The notes beneath the pieces were generated by a model. That model was not told where the DNA came from. It did not search any database and saw only the letters and a list, made by a program, of their open reading frames with translations. DNA of 52,379 bases from Candidatus Thorarchaeota archaeon. GTDB lineage: Archaea; Asgardarchaeota; Thorarchaeia; Thorarchaeales; Thorarchaeaceae. The stretch is taken from the NCBI GenBank assembly GCA_048884785.1, contig JBHLQM010000013.1:1-52379 (forward strand), given 5' to 3'. The position numbers and the translations under genes are program-made. Shown here one piece after another: positions 20,358-27,941 of this stretch. Every line of letters begins with the position of its first letter. Position 1 is the first letter of the stretch.

Positions 20358-21206
20358 CTACGCTAATTTCTTGACATTCTGTGCATTTCTAGAGAAGTAG
20401 TAGAGATATTCTTGAGCATAGCCTGCGTATCTGCCAAAATATTCCCTTGCAGCCGCTGACTTTCTTTTGTATGAATTTCCTGCCGATTTGAAGATGTTGT
20501 AGTGTTTCTGAATGATTCTTTCAATCCACACATCAATTGGGAATGCCTCAAGATGTCCAAGAGCAAAGAGGGAGACGCAATCAGCAACCTTGTTTCCAAC
20601 TCCGTGTAATCTCATGAGTTCTGAATGCGCCTCTTCATAGGGCACTCTCTGTAGACCATTGAGATCAATCTCCCCGTTCACAATATCATTAGTGGACTTG
20701 GCGATGAATTCAGCCCTCCATGCAAGTCCTAGGGATTTCAAGTGAATGAGTTCAATTTCGCACAACTGTTCTGGGGTAGGCATCCCGTAGTAGGTTTTAT
20801 CCCTAAATTCATACTGAGGTCCGCAGGTTTCTCTAATTCTCTGGACCATTGTCTTGATAGCTGGGATGTTCTTCCAAGTGGCACAAAGAAATGATACAAG
20901 ACAGGGATAGACTGGGTCACGGATGATTCTCAAGCCAGGAGCATAGTCGATACAAGAGCGCATGAAACTGTCTCTATCAATCTCGAGATGTATATCTTTC
21001 AAAGGGTCTCCAAGTCGAAATAGATCAGCTATTGGTGCTGTCCGATCTGATGATTCCCATCGTAGTTTCTTGCCTATTTGCTCAACATAGACAGCTTGCC
21101 CAATGTCGGCATTGATATAGCCATTCCCCTCTGGTATCCAACAGAATGTCTGACCACACTCAATTGTGTCTCGAAGACTGAATTGATTGACTTCGACCTC
21201 GTTCAT
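20358..21206 (-). CDS. ogg: 8-oxoguanine DNA glycosylase/AP lyase (OGG1-type)
   Basis: TIECGQTFCW OGG_N motif, HhH GVGNKVADC, AFPIDVW, YAGYAQEYLY. Confidence 0.88.
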   Translation of the reverse strand: MNEVEVNQFSLRDTIECGQTFCWIPEGNGYINADIGQAVYVEQIGKKLRWESSDRTAPIADLFRLGDPLKDIHLEIDRDSFMRSCIDYAPGLRIIRDPVYPCLVSFLCATWKNIPAIKTMVQRIRETCGPQYEFRDKTYYGMPTPEQLCEIELIHLKSLGLAWRAEFIAKSTNDIVNGEIDLNGLQRVPYEEAHSELMRLHGVGNKVADCVSLFALGHLEAFPIDVWIERIIQKHYNIFKSAGNSYKRKSAAAREYFGRYAGYAQEYLYYFSRNAQNVKKLA

Positions 21207-21244
21207 TAGGAGGCAAGTTTTCGAATGTAAAGAAGAGTATTGTG

Positions 21245-22111
21245 TTAGGGGTTATTTGCTATGATAGAGATACGCTCAATATAACTCTGAATTTTCTCGG
21301 TTTGTTCAAGTCTTTGTGCATGCTCTAGCGCTTCGGAATAATGCACACGGACTCTATCCTCCACCTCTACCCCAATGAGTTCATCTACGAGTGTCATTAG
21401 AGCGTAAAGGTGGACCCTCAGGGCTCCCTCAGTTAGTGTACCGATATCGACCTTCCACTCCCTGAACTTCTCTAGGTGGGTGATGTTACTTCTCACTAGG
21501 CTGCTATCATATTGTATGGCACCATGACCCGGAACAAGTGCAATCCAATCCTTTTGAAGATAGGAGTTAAGCGATTTGATATACGAGTCAAAGTTCAGAT
21601 GATTGACATATGGGATATCTGCTTCAACATTATCACCAACAAACAGGACTTTATCCTGATGGTCATAGCAACTTGATGAATCGATGGTATGGCCGGGGGT
21701 ATGATAGAACTCGACGCCATCGTCAGCGTAGATCAACTTCGTATCAAACAAAAGATTGGGCGGAATGAGAGTGACTTCTCCTTCGACATATTCGCCCCAT
21801 TTTTTCAGGTCATTCTCTCCATCCTCAAGCACTCTTTTCCTAGATGATGAATGAGCTGCAATTAATGAGGCCGTAAAGTAACAGTTTCCCCAGATATGGT
21901 CCCAATCTGCATGCGAGTTGAAAACAACAATCGGTCTATTTGCTGCTCCTTCTCTCTCCAATAGCTTCGAAACCTCCTGCATTGGCAGTGGACCTAGGTA
22001 CGTATCACAGACATATACTCTGTTTTCTCCGATTATGATATGAGTAGTTGTGGGCATATCTTCGCCAAAGGCTATTCTAATGTTCCTCTCGCCTAACTTC
22101 TCAATCTGCAT
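21245..22111 (-). CDS. MBL-fold metallo-hydrolase
   Basis: NSHADWDHIWGN, PGHT, FVGD, VPGHG. Confidence 0.9.
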   Translation of the reverse strand: MQIEKLGERNIRIAFGEDMPTTTHIIIGENRVYVCDTYLGPLPMQEVSKLLEREGAANRPIVVFNSHADWDHIWGNCYFTASLIAAHSSSRKRVLEDGENDLKKWGEYVEGEVTLIPPNLLFDTKLIYADDGVEFYHTPGHTIDSSSCYDHQDKVLFVGDNVEADIPYVNHLNFDSYIKSLNSYLQKDWIALVPGHGAIQYDSSLVRSNITHLEKFREWKVDIGTLTEGALRVHLYALMTLVDELIGVEVEDRVRVHYSEALEHAQRLEQTEKIQSYIERISIIANNP

Positions 22112-22248
22112 TGTAATTCCTATGTGGCGCTAGGCAACTCACACTTGAAGTTCTCCATCAGCGCGTTTCCAATCCAGAGGGTTTGATGACCCTCAAATTA
22201 TGAAGGCATTTGGAAAGAGTAAAAGCCAGCTATTCATCATCGATACAT

Positions 22249-22315
22249 GCGGTGATGATGAGTATCCTCTGAGTGAGTATGAACAGATGAACGACCCAAG
22301 GGGTATCTGAGCCGC
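22249..22315 (+). ncRNA. Candidate K-turn / box C-D-like small RNA
   Basis: GCGGU/GCCGC closing stem, box C ATGATGA (22255-61), internal CTGA (22269-72), box D CTGA (22307-10), canonical K-turn geometry, in a 289-bp intergenic gap. Confidence 0.55.
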
Positions 22316-22400
22316 CCTACTCTTTGAGAGCCAAGAAGGCAGACTAGTCTACTGGTCAACTGTTAGAATATCGTGTGGGGTGCGAGAATAGTACTTCTCC

Positions 22401-24389
22401 CTAATCTGGACGTTTGTAAATCCTCAGTTTGAAGAAGGAGTAACTCATCAACAGCATGATTACACTCAGCAGTGTGACCGGTGAAACAACTGTAATCCAG
22501 TGTTCTCTCGGGTCCCAGTCAATGCCATCGGGAATTCCATCCTGGTCCGTATCTGCGCTCGTTGGCGACATACAATACTCAACTTCGTAGGCATCACTCC
22601 ATCCATCTGCGTCTGTGTCTGAGGTGAATGGGGACAGGAGGTTGAGTATTTCAAAGAGGTCACTCAGAGAGTCTTCATCTGTATCTGGCGAGAGTGGGTT
22701 GAGACCCATCTCATACTCAAAACCATCTTCAAGTCCGTCTCGATCCGAATCATCGCTGAGTGGGTCTGTTCCGATAACATAAACTTCGAGGTAGTCATCG
22801 AGACCGTCCGAATCCGTATCAGCAGATATGGGATTAGTGCCCAATTCCGCCTCAGTCCCATCTCCAATCCCATCGTTGTCAGTATCATTGGACACAAGGC
22901 TTGAGCCCCATGTGAACTCGTTTAGGTCGGATGCACCATCTCCATCAGAGTCACTCGAAGCAGGATTCGTTCCTAGTTCAAGTTCAAAATCGTCATCTAG
23001 TCCATCTCTGTCAGAATCCCGAAGATATGGAGAAATACCTAATGAAACCTCAACTGGATCAAATAGTGTATCACCATCGGCGTCCTCAAGTGCAGTGATT
23101 ATGAGTGAATAGTTGGTGGGATTTGAACCAACGTTTGTAACATTAAAGGAATAGCTGCCGTAGCTGAGGACAAGGTATTTCATGACAATTACGCCGTCAT
23201 CCTCGGTTCTTTGATAGAGGACTTGGCCTGATGTGGGATTGAAAATAACAGCATTGATGGTTGTATCGGCATCCCATGATATTGTAGCATTAAGGTACCC
23301 TACTGTCGTAACGGTAGTTCTTACTACTGCACTCTCGTCGACTTGAAGTACATCGCTTCGATATCTCTCAGCCGCAACACCTGTTCCCAGAAAGCCAATA
23401 TAGGCAACAACTGCAGCAGTGGATGCAACAAGCTCAGCGGCCTTGGCGAAGCTGAAGTCCGGGTTACTCCATAAGTCGTTTGCAGTGCTTGATATTGGAT
23501 CATAGATGTAACCTTGTGAGATATGCATAGCGGGTCGTCCTACCATCCACATCTCATGAGCTAATGACCTCTCTGCAATTTCAAGATCCATGACACGCTG
23601 AATGAAACCATTGCCGTAATTTGATGAATACTGCACCAAGAAATCTGGTATCCAGAGTTCATCATGAAATAGGCCCTCCTGCGAATCACTTCTGATGGAT
23701 ATTTTGAGGCCATAGAGGTATCCTGACCGATGGAAGAGAATTCTATCAAATGCGATGCCTGAGAATGTATCTATCTCATTCTCATCGAGCCACTGAACAA
23801 ATGCTCTTCCCCCATAGTCAATATCCTCGTCAAGATGTACACCATTTAACAGCACATAGTAAACATCATATGCGAGAGAATAATTATGAAGCAATCGAGC
23901 CAGTTCTAGTACAGCTGCAACACTCGCTCCTGCATCATTTGCACCGGGTGTCGTTTCTGAATCAATTATCCCTGATAGAGCAAATGCTGGTCTAGGACTA
24001 GGTCCTGTACCCTCTTTAATTGCCAGAAGACTCTGATATTCAGTAACCTGAGAGAATGCAAGTTCATTCTGCGTGTTGGTCTTTAGTGTGGCATTTGCCC
24101 ACGCCCAGGCATCAATCAGATTCTGACTTGGTCCTTCATCCCATATCCTAGAGGGATAATCTTCGCAGAGGTCTCTTGTATAATTACCGATATTATCTAT
24201 AGATTTTGCAGACCAAATTTCCTCAAAGAGTTCTGTAGCATTGAAGTATAGTTGGTCAGAGGGAACTGCTCTGGATTGAAGTACACCTTGGCTGAAATAA
24301 ATGCCGCCACCAGAGGCAATAATTGATTGTCCGAGAAGCAACGAGGTAATTAGGAGAATGGATGCGCCTCTGAACCTAATACTTCTCAT
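22401..24389 (-). CDS. Surface protein: degenerate M28 peptidase domain + PPC-like domain + TSP3-type Ca-binding repeats + TM anchor (paralogue B)
   Basis: Signal peptide from ATG 24389 (MRSIRFRGASILL...), SGIIDS...PGANDAGASVAAVLELARLL, nine DxDxD repeats, C-terminal TM plus KLRIYKR. Confidence 0.8.
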   Translation of the reverse strand: MRSIRFRGASILLITSLLLGQSIIASGGGIYFSQGVLQSRAVPSDQLYFNATELFEEIWSAKSIDNIGNYTRDLCEDYPSRIWDEGPSQNLIDAWAWANATLKTNTQNELAFSQVTEYQSLLAIKEGTGPSPRPAFALSGIIDSETTPGANDAGASVAAVLELARLLHNYSLAYDVYYVLLNGVHLDEDIDYGGRAFVQWLDENEIDTFSGIAFDRILFHRSGYLYGLKISIRSDSQEGLFHDELWIPDFLVQYSSNYGNGFIQRVMDLEIAERSLAHEMWMVGRPAMHISQGYIYDPISSTANDLWSNPDFSFAKAAELVASTAAVVAYIGFLGTGVAAERYRSDVLQVDESAVVRTTVTTVGYLNATISWDADTTINAVIFNPTSGQVLYQRTEDDGVIVMKYLVLSYGSYSFNVTNVGSNPTNYSLIITALEDADGDTLFDPVEVSLGISPYLRDSDRDGLDDDFELELGTNPASSDSDGDGASDLNEFTWGSSLVSNDTDNDGIGDGTEAELGTNPISADTDSDGLDDYLEVYVIGTDPLSDDSDRDGLEDGFEYEMGLNPLSPDTDEDSLSDLFEILNLLSPFTSDTDADGWSDAYEVEYCMSPTSADTDQDGIPDGIDWDPREHWITVVSPVTLLSVIMLLMSYSFFKLRIYKRPD
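22518..23084 (-). repeat. Coding tandem repeat: 9 x ~22-aa TSP3-type units
   Basis: DxDxDGLxDxxExxxGTxPxxx units, ~66-nt period. Confidence 0.9.
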
Positions 24390-24454
24390 ATTTATTTTCA
24401 GCATCCCATTCCGATTAAATACATTATTGACAAAGCAGCCACTTTTTGTCATGG

Positions 24455-26458
24455 TTATCCCCCTCGCAGATATGCTCGGCGTTTGAGAAGTAAGACCAAT
24501 AGAATGATGACTGAAATCACTCCCAAACCAGCAAAGGGTATTATGTTGATCCAATGTTCCCTCGGTGCCCAGTCAATGGCATCTGGTATTCCATCTCGAT
24601 CTGTATCAGGATCAAAAGGCATGAGACAATGCTCAATCTCGTATGAATCACTGAGACCATCTTGGTCTGTATCAGCTGAGAGGGGGTTGAGTGCGTTAAG
24701 GGCCTCAAAGAGGTCACTGAGCCCATCCTCATCAGAATCTGGCGAGAGCGGATTTGTACCAAGGTTAACCTCTTCAGAGTCTTCGAGTCCATCTCGGTCA
24801 GAATCAGGAGATAGCGGATCTGTTCCTATCTCAATCTCGATATTATCCATGAGCTGGTCTTGGTCAGTATCGCTATCTGTCGGACTCAGACCATTAGCAA
24901 TCTCAAACCCATCAAAAAGGGTGTCGCCATCAGAATCTTGAATGAGTGGGTCACTTCCATATTGCACCTCAATGCCATCAAATGCTCCATCCAGGTCCGA
25001 GTCTTGGATGCGGGGGTGAGTACCATATACTATCTCCAAATCGTCACTCAGAAAGTCCGAGTCTGTATCAGACGATAGGCTATCAGTTCCATATATGAAC
25101 TCGTGATAGTCGTCCAAGGTATCCCAATCAAGGTCTTGATAGTGTGCAAAAGAATACGTTATAGTTGCAGCATTGTCGCCAATGTTTTCAACACGAAGTG
25201 TATATGACCCTCGAATAGGGGGGAGATAGCTTATGTGGATCAAATTGTCGTTCTCAACTCTCTGATAGACGAGCTGACCTGCTGGGCCACGAATTTGAGC
25301 ATCAAGGGTTGTATTTGTACCCCAAGCAAGTGTAACATTTACATAAGACTGTCCTGTAAGAGCCATAGGTGTCTGAAACGTGGCATTGACTGCAAGGCCC
25401 GCGGACCCAGTGAGTACAGGAGCATCACCTCTTGCCAAAACCCCGATGGTGGCAACAAACGACGCAGCGACTCCTGCTGCTTCAGCGATATTGCCATAGT
25501 CATAGAACCAGCGGTCCCAACTGTCTTCCATTGTTTGCCAAAGGTAATCATCATAGTACTGCCCTAAGCTGATACTGGCAATTCCCCTCCGGCAACTGGA
25601 GTACGCTCCGGATTCAGTCCATAGGCCTCCAACGGTGACATTAGAAACCACGAGGTCGTTTGTCCCTGACTTGGTAGTAATCTGCGTCGCTATTTCCTTT
25701 GCCCATCGTATAGGATCAAAGGGAAATGCAAGGTAATCATAATCCATTCTGATCTTATCGCCATTCGGATCTAATGTTGTATAGAGAAGCCGATTAAACC
25801 AAATCACAGCCGCTGGACGCCTACCCATTTCTTCAAGCTCATCAAGCAGGTATTCAAATCCCAGATTTCCGTAATCCTGGGCCCCGTATCCTCCTATGAT
25901 TGTGTTAGAGAGGACAAAATACACATCATTGGTTAGGTTGAATCCATGAAGGATGTTGGCACATTCTAATACTGCAGCAGCCGTAGAGGCAAATCCATTT
26001 GCGCCTTGAGTATATCTGCTTGCAATGGTCCCTCCAATAATAATGGGGGCGAGATTGGAGTCAGAACCCTCCTTTATCGCAACAAGATTAAGCTGTTCTG
26101 TCCTGAAGGTGAAATATATCTCATTGCCAGTATAGGCCTTGATGGTGTCATTGACAAAAGCCCAGGCTGCGCGTAATTGATTTGATCCATCCTTGTCAAT
26201 TGGAAACCAGACCCTCTGACCATATGTCGTGGCTAGAGTGTGAACAAGGTTTTCTGTCCTAGTTTCATCAACAATTGAAAAAACTGTATCCCAGATTGTT
26301 TCCATGGAGAATGTATCTGCCGGAGCCATTCGTACACTCGGTTTTAGAACTTCATGCGATAATTCCGTAGTACTGATTATTCCTCCGCCAGGACTCTGAA
26401 GAGTGGTGGATAGAATAAAAACCAGGAATATGCATGAATTAACTAGGCTCCGTTTCAT
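24455..26458 (-). CDS. Surface protein: degenerate M28 peptidase domain + PPC-like domain + TSP3-type repeats + TM anchor (paralogue A)
   Basis: Signal peptide, NLVAIKEG...IIIGGTIAS...GANGFASTAAAVLE, nine DxDxD repeats, TM plus KRR. Confidence 0.8.
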   Translation of the reverse strand: MKRSLVNSCIFLVFILSTTLQSPGGGIISTTELSHEVLKPSVRMAPADTFSMETIWDTVFSIVDETRTENLVHTLATTYGQRVWFPIDKDGSNQLRAAWAFVNDTIKAYTGNEIYFTFRTEQLNLVAIKEGSDSNLAPIIIGGTIASRYTQGANGFASTAAAVLECANILHGFNLTNDVYFVLSNTIIGGYGAQDYGNLGFEYLLDELEEMGRRPAAVIWFNRLLYTTLDPNGDKIRMDYDYLAFPFDPIRWAKEIATQITTKSGTNDLVVSNVTVGGLWTESGAYSSCRRGIASISLGQYYDDYLWQTMEDSWDRWFYDYGNIAEAAGVAASFVATIGVLARGDAPVLTGSAGLAVNATFQTPMALTGQSYVNVTLAWGTNTTLDAQIRGPAGQLVYQRVENDNLIHISYLPPIRGSYTLRVENIGDNAATITYSFAHYQDLDWDTLDDYHEFIYGTDSLSSDTDSDFLSDDLEIVYGTHPRIQDSDLDGAFDGIEVQYGSDPLIQDSDGDTLFDGFEIANGLSPTDSDTDQDQLMDNIEIEIGTDPLSPDSDRDGLEDSEEVNLGTNPLSPDSDEDGLSDLFEALNALNPLSADTDQDGLSDSYEIEHCLMPFDPDTDRDGIPDAIDWAPREHWINIIPFAGLGVISVIILLVLLLKRRAYLRGG
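24572..25135 (-). repeat. Coding tandem repeat: 9 x 22-aa TSP3-type units
   Basis: DSDRDGLEDSEEVNLGTNPLSP-like units, 66-nt period. Confidence 0.9.
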
Positions 26459-26506
26459 AGGTTGGAGAGTCCATCGAACTCCAGTTATATGTTGCGAAAG
26501 GCGCTA

Positions 26507-27010
26507 TCATAAATCTGCGATTTGATTGATGTCAATTGATGATTGCTTTACGATATCTACAAGCCGAGTGATATTCGCGTTGGAAATTATTGGAATATCC
26601 TTCTTTGTTGTATCTAGTGATGTTCCTTCCCAGATTACGATTGCCTTCACATCTCTTGGTAGAACATCTACCTCCTGTGATTTCTCACCCACGCACCAAA
26701 ACTTGGGCACTTCGAGTTCCTTGAATCCTTCGAGCAAAAGAAAATCTGCTGAGAGGGACTGTGTCAAATCCCTAATCTTGATTCGTTTGTTATGCCAGAC
26801 AGTTGTTGTATTTGGACCCAAAAGGACCGTCGGGGTCGCTCCGGCTTCGCTATGACGCCATGTGTCGGTACCTTCGGGGGCTTTTATGTCTTCCATTGAA
26901 TTCTTGATACTAACCACCGAGAGTCCCTCTGAAGTCAATTGCTGGATTATTTGTTCAAGTAGGAAGGTTTTTCCAGAAAATGAGAATCCTGATACTGCAA
27001 ATACGCGCAT
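26507..27010 (-). CDS. mobB: Molybdopterin-guanine dinucleotide biosynthesis protein B
   Basis: VSGFSFSGKT P-loop, EGTDTWRHSEAGA, DFLLLEGFK..VPK. Confidence 0.85.
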   Translation of the reverse strand: MRVFAVSGFSFSGKTFLLEQIIQQLTSEGLSVVSIKNSMEDIKAPEGTDTWRHSEAGATPTVLLGPNTTTVWHNKRIKIRDLTQSLSADFLLLEGFKELEVPKFWCVGEKSQEVDVLPRDVKAIVIWEGTSLDTTKKDIPIISNANITRLVDIVKQSSIDINQIADL

Positions 27011-27157
27011 GATTGCATCGTGTCAGGTCAATCGCGAAGGTTTTTGGTGTTTTCGATACTCCGAGAGGTAGCTTTACATATGGAACAAGTTGGTTGCTGC
27101 TGTCGCAACCTTAAAAATTGCCATTTGATGGATAGCATTTAGCTGGAGACATTCCAC

Positions 27158-27937
27158 TTGGCGCTAGAAAAGGAACCTGCAGTAGTCTGCCACGAGGTGT
27201 ATCGGGAGTTCGAGGATGGTACAAGAGTCATTAAGGTCCTTAGAGGTACTGATCTTATTGTTCGACGCGGTGAATTTGTTGCAATCGTTGGTGCATCCGG
27301 ATCAGGGAAAACCACTTTGCTGAATCTTATAGGAGGTCTTGACAGACCAACATCAGGAAGCATCCTTGTGGACAATACTGAAATCACATCTCTCAATGAT
27401 GACGAAATGTCAGAAATGCGGCGTCACAAAATTGGAGTTCTCTTTCAGGACCAACACCTTCTGCCAATTTTCACAGCGATAGAAAATGTACAGGTTCCCA
27501 TGCTTCTGGACGAAGTGAGGGCGCAGAAGCGTCATGAGAAGGCAATGAAACTTCTGGCTGCTGTTGGTGTTGACCACCGAGCACACCATATGCCTCATGA
27601 GCTCTCTGGCGGAATGCGGTCAAGAGTTGCTCTGGCGCGAGCTCTAGCTAATGACCCAATTGTCCTGCTATGTGATGAGCCAACAGGCGACCTCGACCAT
27701 AAAACAGGAGGTGAGGTCATTCGACTCATGAGAAACCTTGCCAAGAAAGAGAACCGCGCAGTGATTACCGTTACACACGATCCTGAAACTGCAAAAATGG
27801 CCGATCGAATTCTACTTTTGCGTGATGGAAAGCTTGTAGATGAGATGATTGGTGAATTCTTTAGGGCCAGTGGGGTTGACATGGAATCTAAGTCTGTTGA
27901 TGAAACCAAACCCGATGATGTTCCCACGGCGGGGTGA
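27158..27937 (+). CDS. ABC transporter ATP-binding protein, LolD/MacB family
   Basis: GASGSGKT, LSGGMR, LLCDEPTGDLD, VTHD. Confidence 0.93.
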   Translation: MALEKEPAVVCHEVYREFEDGTRVIKVLRGTDLIVRRGEFVAIVGASGSGKTTLLNLIGGLDRPTSGSILVDNTEITSLNDDEMSEMRRHKIGVLFQDQHLLPIFTAIENVQVPMLLDEVRAQKRHEKAMKLLAAVGVDHRAHHMPHELSGGMRSRVALARALANDPIVLLCDEPTGDLDHKTGGEVIRLMRNLAKKENRAVITVTHDPETAKMADRILLLRDGKLVDEMIGEFFRASGVDMESKSVDETKPDDVPTAG

Positions 27938-27941
27938 TTAG

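Noticed and set aside
22255-22310. SECIS element interpretation of the AUGA...GA hairpin
   Set aside because: No convincing + strand selenoprotein gene upstream (both flanking genes are on the minus strand), and K-turn/C-D geometry fits better.
22112-22400. SRP RNA or RNase P RNA in the ~290-bp gap
   Set aside because: I could not find the SRP helix-8 motif or the RNase P GAGGAAAGUCC-type conserved regions.
24390-24554. N-terminal extension of the 717-aa ORF
   Set aside because: Overlaps the upstream paralogue; the signal peptide begins at ATG 24389.
22518-25135. Periodic ~66-nt DNA repeats resembling a CRISPR array
   Set aside because: Degenerate, in-frame, protein-level TSP3 repeats; no identical direct repeats with unique spacers and no cas genes.
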